The notes under the pieces are model-generated. The model saw only the letters and a list, made by a program, of their open reading frames with translations, had not been told where the DNA came from and did not search any database. This document shows positions 23,910 to 38,399 of a DNA stretch of 64,000 nt, piece after piece. The DNA comes from Cenococcum geophilum (lineage: Eukaryota), in assembly GCA_050273025.1 (NCBI GenBank), contig CP158635.1, positions 9,300,001 through 9,364,000 on the forward strand, in the 5' to 3' direction. Made by a program: the position numbers and the translations under genes. The stretch's first letter is position 1. Every line of letters starts with the position of its first letter.

Positions 23910-25299
23910 TACAGGCAAGTTGCTATTACATGTCGCCGCGGCACTAGCGTAGCGAGGAGCCCTAAGCTCCTCGCCCTTCCTCAAGCAAGAGGAATATAGA
24001 ACAACAATCATCATACTACCTACAACTTATAGATACGTGATATCACTTTATGTTACCAACACTAACCTTTTCTCTATATAATAAGAATAGGATAGTATAA
24101 CTTTACCTAGTAAGAGGATAATAGTTACTAGCTAGTTATAATAGTTAGATATAAAAGATTTAATAAAAGGTATTAAAAATAATAAGGTTTATTAAATTAA
24201 GAATAGGAATGCTATACCTTTAATAGATAACTTAGAGATAGGAGATGTCTTTAAGAACGAAGATAAAAAGGAGGGGGATAGTATCACAGACTTTATATTA
24301 GTAGTAGTAGAACCACTAAAAAGAGATATAAATAGGTTAGTTAAGATAGTATAGAAGGTGTTAAAACTAATATAGCTATAAAATAAGGGGTAGTTAAGTT
24401 ATATAGCTAGTTATATTATAAGTTTAGAATATAGAAATATAGAAACTTAGGAACGTAATATACTAATATACTTAATACATTTCCCAAGTGTAGTTTTAAA
24501 TACTTAAAGGACTATAGTCCCTACTTAAACAGTTCTCTTCTTTATAGTAAATCTTAGAATATAATTAGAGTTAATCTATTAGGTAATCTACTCCACTAGT
24601 TATATTTACGTTATTGACTTTTTATTTACCTATACACTTAGCCTATTAATAAGTCCACTGTAGTATTTCCTACAAGGCTTTATTATAATATTAGTATACC
24701 ACTATATATTATCTATCTATTTAATCCCTACTTTAAACTGCTATAAAACTTTAGTAAGGAAAAAATATAAGTAATTACAAGACGATAATTTAATGGCAAT
24801 CTACGGCAATTTAATGGCAATCTACCGTATTCTACTATATTTTGCCAAGTTTTACTAAATCCTATTAAGTTCTGCTAGAACTACTACCTAAATCCTATTC
24901 TGCTCTATATATATATTAATTAAGCAACTAAGCTAATAATATATACCCTTTCTTCTCGTTTTCTTACCTTCCCTCCTTATATAACGTTTTAGCTTTATTA
25001 TATAGTTTATATATATAGCTTAATAATATCTACTTCGTTATATATTATCGTCGCTTATACTTACTCTATAATACTATATTACGTTAAACCTATACTACCT
25101 TACTCTACTTAATATACAGAATAACCTAAAAGCCCCTATATTTGTAATTAACTTACGTAATATATTTACTAAATAATTAAAGGGCCTATAATAGGCCTTA
25201 TAGACGCCCTTACTTAATAAAAGGCTTAATACTAAGTAATAATTAGATCCCTAAGAAAGAAAATTAAAGAGATCCGCTGTAACCTACTACCTACTATAC

Positions 25300-25800
25300 T
25301 ATTGCCCCCACAATTTGGAGCTCTGGAGCCTTATCTGGAGCGTTACTAAACAATCGACTCAATTACAGATTAAACGAAGCTATTAAATTAAACGCCACTA
25401 CTATCTTACTAATTGACGCCAAAGGATGCACGGATTAAGACAATTCTGATCTGGAGGCAATTTATAACCAAACATACCCTTATATACTACACCACCCTAG
25501 CGCATTCGGTTAAAAGGGAGTATTAATTACGCTAACTAAAATTCGTAGATATATACCTAAAAGAAGGTAAAAATATAATAAAATGGCCGTGCGTATTACT
25601 TTAAAAGGTATAAACTCTGCCGTTTTATTATAAAGAATATCTCTATAGAGCCTTATATAAGCACACAGAATAAATTATACTTTAATAGATAGGATAGCGG
25701 AGAATATATAAAACTGTTAATCTATAAAGTAGTATATTAGATATAAGGTACGAATAACTACTAGTCTATACTTTTATAGTATATAGCTAGAAGGGATCGA
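25300..25800 (+). mobile_element. Possible 5' fragment of another hAT-like element (BED-finger-like remnant)
   Basis: GGAGC-rich start like the hAT subterminus; degenerate NS*IY...GTNNY* pattern; no partner TIR seen. Confidence 0.3.
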
Positions 25801-28229
25801 AAGCTTATAACGACCTCTATAAGAAGGTATAATCTTGCTAGTATATATAACACAAGACCTATAATAGGTATAGTTTAGGTTATTAGAATTACTACTGCTT
25901 TTTTAATAAGGCGAGGGATAGGAACCGAGGAAATTCTAGACCTTAACGCTAAGGTATATAGTGTAACTATTAGGTTATTTATAGCATCTCTAAAGTATGA
26001 CTTAGTAATTACTTCCTAAATATATAGGATGACGTTTATTAGGAACTATAAGATAGGCATGCTTGTAGATAGTATAATACTATAGGTTCTTTAGGTAGCT
26101 TATTTAGTAACTATGGGAAAGGATACATTCTATATAGCGTAGTGGAGGCCTTTATATATAAAGAAAAATAATATAGGAATAAAACCATAAATATTAAGGC
26201 GTTCTATAGATTCCTTAGTAGCTAAATAGAATTTCCCACTTAGTAAGAACCTTAAGTATGGTAATATAGGAATAGGAGCTTGTTTAGTTATACTAGTATT
26301 ATTAGGCAGCGGAAGACACCTAATTTTAAGTAATATAGGCTTATTAACATTATAGGGCTTATTCCACTATAAGACTATTAAGACTATAGTATAAGGAATA
26401 TAAGCTAGTATACTAATCTCTAAGGTTATAACCGGAAGATATTAGCTTACTTTTATAATATACTAGATAACAAACCAGAGGATCTAAAGTAATATAATCA
26501 ACCTAAGTAAAGTATTAGTTTTTCCTTTGTCTTTAATATCGGCCTTAGTAATAAAGTTAATAGGTAGAAGGCGCTTTTGCTCTAGTAGAGAAGGGATTTG
26601 TAACGGAATTCCCTAGAAGGTACATATTAGATAAGACAGAAGGAGGTCTTATCTATATTCCATCTACGTTATAGAAGATATAGTTAGACAGATAAGGGGC
26701 AAAGGGTTTTACTAGCGTCTTAGAAGGATTATATAGGGAGCTGGTTCTCCTCTAGAGAAGAACTAGCGATTAGTCTCTAAATAGAAGTGGTTAGAAGCAT
26801 TTGGCCTTTAATACGTAAAAACTCATTCTACCTTCTACTTACCTTTAATATACCTTCGTCTTACCTTCTACTTACCGGTGATACTATTAATTAGATAATT
26901 ATACGTTCCGGTTAAGCTGGCCTCTTATAATTCTAATTGCTCTTAATCCTTTACGGAAGGAACGTACGGCTATTAATTAATAATAACGGGCTATACCTCC
27001 TTAACCCCTAAAACGACACCCCCACCGTAAAAGGCTTAAAGAGTCTCCCTAGAGGAGCGCATTCCCTCTTCCTATAAAGAAGCTATGGCTGGTCCGTCTA
27101 ACCTTATAAGACCCTTAGAAACGATTACCGCTAGGGAGTTATTAGAGCGGTTACTATATAAGACCCTATAAAAAACAAAGGAGTTAGAGATACGATTAAG
27201 ATAAGTATATTAAGACTACTAAGAACAATTGTAAGGACAATTAGGGGAAGTATAGATACCCTAGATATAAAGCGGACTTAAAGGGGTAACGCTATACTAT
27301 ACTATAACATTAGAAAAACCTAAATTCCGCATAAAGGAACCTAATAAGTACTATAGTAATAGTCTCCGGAACTGTAATCGTTTTATCCGTTAATGCAAAA
27401 CTAAGTTTCGGCTAGATCTGAAACGTTACTCTAATAAGTATAATTAGACACTAATTGCTTCTACCTTCCTATATAGCACCATTAAGAGTTTATAGATACG
27501 CTATAAGAAGAAACTTACTATACCCTTTAAATTTAGCGAACTTAAGTCCTAGTTAGTTAATTAGGTCTAAGACCCTATTAATTAAGGGATGGATTATAAC
27601 TAGTAATACTATAACGCTAAATAGCGAGAAGGCCAGAGTGTAGTCTAGTTTATAAACTACTTGGAAGAATTAGAAGATAATATACCCTACTTAGATCTAT
27701 AGGATGACGCTATATAACTTCACTAGCTACTTACTAAGCTATAACCTAAGATTTAACAGGCCATATAAGAGAAGGGCGAAATTCCTACCTCTTGAGAAAA
27801 GCTTATCTCTAAAGCTACTTGGATTAAGAATGCTAAAAGAGACTATTTAGGCAAGCGAAAGGAATAAGACGCTAATGATAAAGAGCGTAGGACTAGACCT
27901 AGCTTTAATAATAGGGGTAGATTCCGACCTAATTGCTCTATAGAGGGATAACGCGAGCAGGCCTCGCAGCCTTAGAGCAACGCTAGTTAACCCTAAAATA
28001 ATAATAGGTAGAGACCTAATCCGTAGGAAGGGAACCGGAAGACACGTACCTATTATAACTACGGCAAGAAGGGCCATATAAGCCGCTTCTGCCGGTAAAA
28101 GAAGTAAGAGTTAGCCTAATTAGGAAAAGAGATAGCCTAGTAAATCTTTACTCCCTTATACTAGGCCAGTAAGAGAAGGAGGGAGTAAACTGCCGTATAG
28201 TTATTCCTGTCTCTATTTAAGTTAATAAT

Positions 28230-31200
28230 TGTTCATACTAACTTAATAGCACGAGTGAGTCGTATCCACGGGCACGAAATACATGTAGTATCGTATGCTT
28301 GTTTAGATAGTGACTGTCAATTGTATAAAGCAGACTACGTGGTCTATATACTGATGCACCTCCCCCCTAATTAGTCAGTGCTTCATAAGTGCACCAGACG
28401 CGTAAGCGAGTGGTTGGTACACTAAACGCGTAAACGCGTACCTGGTGTACCAAACGCGTAAGCATGCGTTTAGTACAACAGGTACTGTAATTATACACTA
28501 GCAGTACTTGAAAAATGAAACCACCTATATACAGCCTCCGTAATTGCTTTAATAAAACCATAGAACACAAAGGAAAATACATAGGAAATCTCCCCAAGGT
28601 GCCGTCTAGGCTGCTTTCCAAACGGTGCCCCAAGCTAGCCGTAAGTTCTACTTACGGTCCGTAAAATAAACCGTACGGCCTTTTAATGGGCAGTAGACGA
28701 GCCGTAAGTCAGATTTTAAGGGCCGCTAAGGCGCTAGTGCTAAGCGAACTAATGGCGATTTTCCATCCCAGGGATAGAAAATCGTGATTAGTCAATTTAA
28801 CCACCCTATAAAATTCGGCAGGTTACGTAAGTCCACTAAGTTCCACCGTAGCTTTCCACCATTTTCCACCTGTACTGTATAACAAGCCGTACGGCCTTCC
28901 AACGGGCCGTAGACATACCATAGGTGCTCCGTTAGTCCCATTCTACCCATTTTATAACTTTTAGGTTAAGCTTATTTATGTTAATTAGGGTTTTAAGGGC
29001 TTAATACGGCTTTGCCTTAGTTATAGCGTCCGCTAGGTTATCTCCGCTGCTAATCCATTTAACCTCTATAATTTTACGTCATTTATAGGCCTAATATAAG
29101 CACATTAGGTCGACTATGAGCCTCTTCTCTTATATCGTACCTAGTTTAACTAGGCAGTTGTAAAGGGACTTTAAATCGGTGCATAAAACCAGGGGTAACT
29201 ACTCCAGTTATAGAATCTTCTGGACCGTTAATTTAATTGCAGCTGCTATATTAAATCCATAAGCTAGTATATATAGTTTAGAAGCTAGTATACTACGGGT
29301 TACTTATTTACACTTAATTAAAGACCAGTGTAGTATATTTACGTCCTAATTACGGTCCGTAAGTACAATTATAAAGCTAATTTGTAATAATAGGTCTTTA
29401 TTATTAGTAAAGGAGGCGTCCGTAAATACTAGTAGGCTAAGGGAATTTAGGTCTAGTGGTACAAAAGTAAGTCCCCTTGCTGCATTATTAATTTGCCACT
29501 AAATACGCTTATTAAGCTGCTTAATATTTTCTTTTTGTAGATCTACTACCTAGGCCATAAAGGATAAGTCATAGGCAGATTTAGGTTAGCAAACTGTGGC
29601 AATATAGGCGCCTCTTACACGCTATATAGCGTATTAGTCCTTTATATTTATGGTCTTACGGGTCTCTCTACGGGAACTAGTAAGGTCCGTAGGCTTTACT
29701 GTAACAAGCTTTAGGTTTTAAGCTTGGCGTTCCTAAGTTAGCTTAATTAGGTTGCCCTTTTATATAATTAGGCCTTTATTAAACTTAATCGGATTCTACT
29801 TAGTTAACTACTTTTACGGCTTTACCAAGAACTTAGCCTTTTATAGTTTAGTTTCTTTAGCGTCCGTAAAGGTCTAGTCTACTAGGAATAAGGTATTATC
29901 TATTTAAAGTCCAACAATACCAAGGCCGTTCGATGGGCTATATAGGAGGCAGGGGTTATAGGTCGACTGTTCCATTTTAAGCTTACTAACGTAATACTAG
30001 TAGTACGTCTTAAACTAGTAGTTCCCAGCTTCTAGTACTCCATAAAGAGGTTTTATAACCTATAAAATTGTTCCTAGTTATAGGTTAAGCTCACAGGGTA
30101 GTTATATAAAGATATCCCTACTTAGGTAGGTATTAGACTGCACGTAGGCTTATAAGATGTCCCATAAGTATAGGGCTACGGGTTTAATTTGCTGTAGTCC
30201 CGGCGCAAGTACAAGTATAATTCGTTGGCTGACTCGTTAAATTGTAGGCGATTGCGTAAGGACTAAGTCCTTTCCCTTATCGTTATAAGCTTATACGACA
30301 AGCCTTAATTTCTTAAAGGCTTTATTAGTACTAGGGTGCTTAATCTTATTAACGAAGCGTAAGTTAAATATATAGACGCCTTGCGGGACGTCTTTCTTTA
30401 TTATAACTACAAAGACACCCTTTTTAAGTAGTCCGTTAATTTCTTTACGTTATAAGTCCGTAAACGGGGTTTCCTATACTAGAACTAATATATTCGCAGG
30501 CGGAGATTGCCTTACGGATATTCCTGCGGAGGTTAGGTGATTTTTTATTACGGTGTTCTTAGTTACGGGGTGCTTTCGGGGGCGTCCTTAACTACGCTTT
30601 ACGGTAGGTTTAGTAGGTTTAGTGGGTTTCTGGGGGACTTCTAGGGTAGGTAAGGGTGCTTCTAGTTCGTTTGATTTGGTAAGTGCTTCCGGTTCGTCTA
30701 GTTTGACGGGTGCTTCCAGTTCGTCTAGTTCGACGTTATAGGTGTTTTCGGGCCGAAAGTAGGGTTTTACGGACGTGCTTCTAAAGCTAGTTAGCCCACT
30801 AGGAAGCTATACGCAGCACGTCTCGTTTTCTACGGCTAGTAGACGATAAGGTCCATTCCAATTGCCGCTTTTACGCTATATAAGGACTTTAGAGTTAAGC
30901 GGGAGGTCGTATACTAGGGTCGTATTAGGTCCGTTGCGGTAGTATAGGGCGTTATTAATAGCTTGCTTGGCCCGTAGCTTGACTATTTTAGTTATTACCT
31001 TCCGTATTGTAGCTGCTCGTTCCGTAATAGACGGGGCAGGAGGGCCTAGGTTGCTTATCCTTAGGTAGGCTCCGTAAACTAAGAGGGTAGGTACTAGTTC
31101 GTTAGGGCCAGCGGTATTATTAATAGCTTTTACAGCCATCTATAAAGCTAGTTCCTTTTAGATGTCCTTATACTCGTCCGTAATAATCTAGTAAGCTCTC

Positions 31201-34200
31201 CGTAAGGCTAGGTAAGCTCGCTTAATAAGCCCAATAGACTAGTGCGCCTTAACTAGAACAGCTTTTGTTAATATAGCCATGGCCATAGCATACTGCTAGA
31301 ATTCCTTGCTAATAAAGTTCCTACCGGCGTTATAGGTGATATACTGCGGAGGTCCGACGTATATGTTAATCTAGTAGGTCCGTAAAATATCCCAAGTATA
31401 TTTTATGGATATATTTTACAACTAACGGGCGGCTTAATAGCGGGTTACCTTATTAATTATATATAATACTAGACTACCGTTAATGTACATAATGTCCACG
31501 TATACTAAGTGGTTAAAGTTAAGGTCCTTATAAAGGGTAAACTTAAATCGGCCTAGGGAACGTCCGTATTTCTAGCAGAAGGAGCAGTATTTAGTTAGGT
31601 GGTTAATTGCCTTCCTGTTAACATTGTTATATCTAGAGCGTTTAAGGACTCTATATAGCTTTTCGGCTAATAGGTGGCCGAAACGGCGGTATAGGCGGTG
31701 GATCTCCGTACTGGTAAGGTAGCACGGGTTATAGTCAAAAGATTCCTAAATATAGGTCCGTAAAGTCTCTCCCTATATAAGGAACGGGTGTCCAAATTGT
31801 TATATAATTGGCAGGGTAATATACTTGCTTCCTAGGGCAGTTGCGGGGCTAATTAGGGTGTCTGTAATATTATTATAGTACACCTATAACCTATCTATGT
31901 CTGCAAGACAGAGTAGGAAGGGGGTGTCTGCTTTTACTACGTAGAAGTTAACTAGGCCAATTAGAGTCTTAACTTTAACTAATCTAATTAATGCGGTTGA
32001 GCCGATGCCGAATTAGACGTTTACGGCCCCAGTTTGCGTAATATTAATGTCCATATTGTCATTTATAGTGGTCCTATATACGAGGTATTGTCCGTAGCCT
32101 ACAGTAGACTTCTTAGAGGCACCTATATTAATTATAACACCATAGAATTCCTTAGGGGTATAGCGTTCTATAGTAATATATGTAAATAGGTTCTGCTTAT
32201 AATCTGTAATATCCGTAACGGGGGTACTTACGGAATGGTTTTTAGGCGCAACTAAGTATATAAAGGAACAGTCGGCTAATACGGTCGTAATATTAAAGGC
32301 TTGGCTGTCCGTAAAAGGTCTAAAAGTAGTTAGGAATATCTCTAAGGTCTCTTATTCCTAAGCGTCTAAATTAAAGTTAATTATAAGGGCTTCTATTAAC
32401 TTATTAGGGGGCTCTTCTACTTCCTCTCCTTTGTATTCTAAAATGAACTAGTTAATACGGCTATTAAGTCTCTTTCTAGACTTATTACGTTCTTCCCAGG
32501 TATGCCTTATAAACTAATATCCTTCCTTACCGCACACGAAGCACTTCTGGCTAGTTTGTCTATAGGGGTATGTTTTTATACGGGGGTTGCTATAGGGGTT
32601 ATGGGTGGGACTTGGTCGGTATAGGTGCTGCTAGCGGTAGCGGCGGTCCATAAAGTAGACGTCTGAGTCTGTTTATGGATATTAAATATCCGTAATAAAG
32701 GCTTAAGTGCTGCCTGGTGGGTTTAAGACTTTATACGTTATAATAGAGGAGCGTAGGTTATTAATAAGGCCAGCTAAGGTATCTATAGGCTTATAGTAGG
32801 CGTACTTATAGGGCTCTACTTCCTGGCAGGCTATAATAAGTTTATTGTATAGGAAGTCGTCTGTTCGAAGCTTAGTATTAAGGCCGTGCTATAGGTGCCG
32901 AAGGTCTTTAATGAGAATTTATAGGCACTCTATAGTCGATTTTTTAGTGTTCTTGTTGATTACGGTCCGTAGCTTAGTTGTATTCCATTGGGTAAGAATA
33001 TTACGCTTATATTTCGGTCCTTTAAAGTAGTTACGTATAGCTTTGTATAGCTTATTAAAGGGAACACCAAGGGGGTTACTCTTAAGGTTAGTGTAGTAGT
33101 AGTTAAGTGCTAGGCCGCGCAGTATAGTGGAGTAGGCTTAGCTAAATTTCTATTTAGGAATATCAGCCTTCTAACAGAGGTCCGTAAAGATAGTAAGTTT
33201 AAAGTTAAAGTTATCGTTTTTACCGCTATACTTGGATTCGTCGGTATAGAGCTTAGCTAGGTTAGCTAGCTCCTTGCCGTAGGTTTTTACTTAGGTAGGT
33301 TGCGGATCTATAACTTACGGATTTATAGCTTACAGATATATAGCTTGCGGATCTGTGACTTAAATAACGGGGGTAATTTGGTCCGTATTTTAGTTTATAG
33401 AAGTATTACGGTCCGTAATTTAGGTTACGGGGGTATTGTAGTCCGTAACTTGAGTATTAGGTATACTTTGGCCAGTAAGATTAATTCTAATACCACTTAG
33501 GTTTATAGAACGAATTTAGTTAAATAGGTCAGTTATAAGGCCAGAGATTCTGTTAAGTTTAAAGGAGGCAAAGAGGTTGCTGGTTTTAATATAATTTAAG
33601 ATCTGCTCTTTAGTCTATTCCGTTTGGTCCTCTTTATATAGTGTGTCGTATAGAGACCGTGCAACAGTGACTTGTTTATCCCTTTTAACCTATACGCCTT
33701 AGTGACGTAAAAGGGTTTATAGGTTACGGATAGCAGTAGGGTTGCAAGCCTTAAAAATAGCTTCCGTAAAGTCCGCAAAGTCTTCCTTATATTGCTCCTA
33801 TAGGTCGTTATTTATAAGCTTAAAGTATCTATATTTAAGGATTTTAAAGCTAATATAGTCGTTAACGTCGTTTATAGACGTAACGTCGACGCCTTATCTC
33901 TACTTCTTTTGACCTTCGCTGACTTGCTTGCTAATATCTGCCATACTATAGTGTAGTGTAGTGCGTAGCGGGTAGTAGCAGCTTATAACGGGTGGGGGAG
34001 GTCTTATAACGGTCCGTAAAATTAATTAACGGGTCCATAATGGTTTATAGGAGGGTAGGGGGTTTCCGTAAAAGGTCCAAAGAGGTTTAAGGTTTAAGGG
34101 GGTTAAGGATAGGGGTTCCGTATAGGTCTGTATTCGCGTCTATAACTTCTAGTAAACCGTACTAAGACTTAAATAAGTATATAGAGTTGGAGATAAGTCC

Positions 34201-34592
34201 GTAATCCCTAACTTCCGACCTTCTAGCAGGTCGTACTAGGAGTCTAAACGGGTGGTCGCTGTCGTGTGTATCGCTCGGGGGGAGGTATTAAGTAATTGCT
34301 GATCTGTGCGCGCTTACTGATCAGTATTCGTACTAACTTAATAGCATAAGTGAGTCGTATCCACGGGCACAAAATACATGTAGTATCGTATGCTTGTTTA
34401 GATGGTGACTGTCGATTATATGAAGCAGACTACGTAGTCTATATACTGATGCACCTCCCCCCTAATTAGTTAGTGCTTTATAAGTGCACCAGACGCGTAA
34501 GCGAGTAGTTAGTGCACTGAACGCGTAAACGCGTACCTGGTGTACCAAACGCGTAAGCACGCGTTTGGTACAACAGGTGCTGTAATTATACA
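28230..34592 (-). mobile_element. Ty1/Copia retrotransposon, full length, RIP-inactivated
   Basis: 268-bp LTRs 28230-28497 and 34325-34592; TSD ATAAT; minus-strand order gag knuckle QKCFVCGKEG, protease, integrase (IHRLYRRFGH), RT KPLYGVLEAGNY*F and GL*IDNTLF, RNase H VFTDASF...CTD.KSLY...NLADAITK. Confidence 0.95.
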
Positions 34593-37500
34593 ATAATAAA
34601 TAGGTAACGCGAGACTGCCTTATAGACAGCGGCGTGAGTATAGAGTTTATTTCTTAATTACTAGTAAAAGAATTTGATTTAGACCTTAGCGGCTTATAGG
34701 TGCGCACTATTTAAAGTATTAGAGGCTACTAGATTCCATACTACGGGGAATAAGCTTTTTCTGTAGCTAGCTAGGACCGCAATAGTCTATAGAATACGTA
34801 GGAGATGCGCTTCTATGCCGTAGAAATTAAGGGATATAACCTTATTTTGGGATACCTATGGCTTTACCAAGTTAATCTGGATATTAATTGGCCTTTAGCC
34901 TCGTATTAACATCGGAAGTCTTAACCGCGCATTATAGTTGAAAATTAAGAGACTTTCTTAAACTATATATAAGAAGAAGGGTGGGTATATACTATATATA
35001 CCACTCTTAACACTAAAAACGGGGACACGGGATATTTATTTTTGGATATCCGGCTATACGCAGTTAAGGAATTAGAGATTCTATAGGAATATATAGACTT
35101 AGAGGATATTTCTAGTAAAGAGGCTATATAAACCTTATCTAACCCTATATTAGTTAAGCATAAGATAAATATAGGGGATAAATAACCTCCTTTTAGACTA
35201 CTATATAACCTATTAGAAAATAAGCTAGCGGTACTGCGTTAATATATAGTGGATAATCTTTAGAGAGGATAGATTTAGCCCTTTATAAGCCTAGTAAGGG
35301 TACTAATTATATTTATACCTAAGAAGGACGGGACCCTTTACCTCTATATTAACTATTAGGCACTAAATAAGATTACTATAAAAAATTGCTACCTGTTACC
35401 CTTAATAGGGGAGCTTATTAATAGGCTATTAGGTGCGAAGATATTTATAAAATTAAATCTAAAAGATATATACTATTGAATCCGGATTAAAGCCGGCGAT
35501 AAGTGGAAAACGGCGTTTTAAACACAGTACGGCCACTTTAAGTACCTAGTAATACTATTCGGGCTCACTAACGCACTAGTAATATTTTAGGCCTATATTA
35601 ATAAGACATTATTAGGCCTATTAGACACGATATATATAGTCTACTTTAATAATATTGTAGTCTACTCTAATAACTACGAAGTATATATATACTACGTGCG
35701 AATAGTACTAGAAAGACTATAGGAATATAAACTCTATATAAACCTAAAAAAGTACACATTCTATACTACTAGTATTAATTTTTTAGGCTTTATTATTAGC
35801 GTTAACGAAGTATTAATAAAGAAAAGTCGGGTAGACGCTATTAGGAAATAGCCCTACCCTATAACATTTAGAGAAGTATAGGTTTTCTTAGGCACGGCGA
35901 ACTTCTACTAAACGTTTATTATTTACTACTTATAAGTAATGCTCCCAATTACTAATCTACTAAAAAAATCTAAGAATAGTAAGAAGTTAGGACTCTTTAT
36001 ATTTAGGGAAGCTATTAAGTAGGCTATAGACTAGTTAAAGGATTTATTTATAACGGCGCCTATCCTAATATACTTCTGCTAAAAGCTATATATATACCTT
36101 AAAACGGATATATCTAGCTTTACCCTAGGGGCAATTATATCTTAATTAAAAGACGGAAAATGGCATCCTATAGCGTTTTGGTTTAGGAAAATAACCCCTA
36201 TAAAATAGCGTTATATAACGCATAACTAGGAGTTACTTATAATAGTCGCAGTAATAAAGCACTAGCGATATTATTGTATGGGAAGTAATTACCCTATTAA
36301 AGTCCTTATAGACTATAATAACCTAAAATACTTTATAATTATAAAGGTATTAAGCGGTCGACAAGCTAGGTAGGTAGAGGCACTATTATAGTATAATTTT
36401 AAGATTATATACCGCCTAGGAAAAATAAATCCTGCTAATAGGTTATTAAGATGTTTAAATTATAAGATAGGGAGGATCTAGGACAGCATAGGGGAAATAA
36501 TCCCTATATTGCAAAATTTGCTTAGGAAGAAAGAAGACTCTTTCCCTAAAACTATAGAATTTTATAGTAGGGCAGAGGTCCTAGTAATACAGCTATAAAG
36601 TAACACGATTATAGAGCCGTAGGATATAGTTATAGACTAGGTTATAGACTAAGCAGATATTATAAAGTTAGCGTACCCTAGAATTAGCGAGAATTCTATA
36701 GGATGTACTAGAGGTATCGCGGCACCTTTAACTCGACGGCGTATTAGCTATAAGTTTTTAGATCTAAAGGAGATAGGCGAGATGCCTATCCGTAATATGG
36801 CACACTATATAATAGTAGGAGAATCTACTAGTACTAATAGTTTAAAATGTCTTATGCTATACCTTAAGTCCGTAATAGCGGCAGGCGAAATAGAAGTAAG
36901 CGATCTATATAAAACCTTTCTGGATTTTCTTCTTTAAGCTTAATAAAGGGACGCCTTCGCCTTTAGGGAGAGGTAGAAAGATATAGTAGAGACTAACTTG
37001 GCCGGAGTTACTAAGAAGCTATAGCAGCAAGACTAAAAGGGTCTATTACGCTTTAAGGGTGCTGTATATATCCTAAAGGACTAAGCGATTTAAGACGAAA
37101 TTTTAAAGGTCTTTTATAATAATCTTTTTAGGGGTTACTACGGTGCCAATAGAACCCTTAAGGCTATCTAAAGGAAATACTTTTAGAATAGAATATCTAA
37201 AGAGGTTAAGGACTATATATTAAGGTATAATACGTGCTAAAGGATACAGGTATCTAGGCATTGCCTATACGGCGAGTTATTAGTACTTCCTATTCCATAG
37301 GGACCTATATTAAAATTAATAATAGATTTTATTATAGGCTTACCCCCTACTAAGATAAGAACTAGAGAGGTTGATAACGCTATCCTAGTAATCGTTAATA
37401 GGTATATAAAGTTTTTAGGATACTTTGCTATTATAATAATAATTACAGTAGCAGAACTAGTAGACCTATTTTTAAAACGGTGGCTCTTGTTTAGTACGCT

Positions 37501-38399
37501 AAGGGGAATTGTATCTAACAGAGGTACCATATTTAATAGTGCATTTTGGTCTTTATTCTATCTCTTATTAAAAATATAGTAAAGGATAAGTACTACCTTT
37601 TACCCATAAATAGACGGGCTAACGGAGCGTCTAAATGCGTTATTAGAACACTACCTCCGCTGCTATGTTAATTATTAACAGGATAATTAGACATTATAGT
37701 TAGCTCTAGCGCAGTACGTATATAACACAAGCATTTATAGCAGTATAAAAATGACCCCTTATAAAGCATTATTTAGGGTAAAAGCAAATAACCCCTAAAA
37801 CGTTAAGGATATTATTCCTAAAAGAGAGGCACTAGTGGCGTCCGAAAGAATTAAGCAAATAAGAATTTGCAAAGAAGAACTTAAAAAGTACTTACTAGAC
37901 GCCCAGGCCGTATAAAAAAGGTACTATAATAAAAAATATATACTAAAAGAATTCGAGATAGAAGACGAGGTCTTACTATTTATAAAAAATATCTAAATAA
38001 AACGCATTAAGAAGAAGCTGGATCACCAGTGGCTCAGACCCTTTAAAATAGTTAGGAAAACTAAAAGAAACTAAGCCTATAAATTAGAATTACTAAAATC
38101 TTATCTAATATATCCTATATTTTATGTTTCCTTACTAGAGCTATACTGGAAAAGAGATAGTGCGGAACCGCCCCTACCTAGCGAAATTAATAGGGAACTA
38201 GAATAGAATGTAGAAGATATTCTAGACTAAAGATAGCGCTAAAAAAAAGCGCAAATTTTTAGTTTGTTAGGAAGGATACTCTTAGGCGTATAATAGTTGG
38301 GAACTTAAGGAGTACCTTTAGCTAGAATACAACACCGTAATTAAAACCTTCCTAAGAACTAAAGGTAAAGATTTAGAAATAGTTCTAAATATACCATAG

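Larger units (their letters stand above)
22274..24061. mobile_element. Solo LTR (~160 bp) interrupted by the Tc1-like element
   Basis: TGTTAG...CCAACA termini; 5-bp TSD CTAAC (22269-22273, 24062-24066). Confidence 0.85.
20950..24173 (-). pseudogene. Antisense Cys6-type ORF of Gypsy B, split by three insertions
   Basis: Joining 24173-24062 to 22268-22156 gives IPFIKSFISNYYN*LVTIILLLGKVILSYSYYIEKRLVYIIITAPSSC*PSLYTKYT*ANIRLSYNI*SVFNTKY, homologous to the Gypsy A antisense ORF; second exon ~21240-20950. Confidence 0.7.
20866..24687 (+). mobile_element. 3' remnant of Ty3/Gypsy family B (relative of A): chromodomain end, 3' region with antisense ORF, PPT and 3' LTR 24282-24687
   Basis: 20866-20930 resembles the chromodomain end of A; PPT AAAAAGGAGGGGGATAG; the LTR 3' half aligns with the A LTR; interrupted by the MULE, a solo LTR and the Tc1 element. 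Confidence 0.85.
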
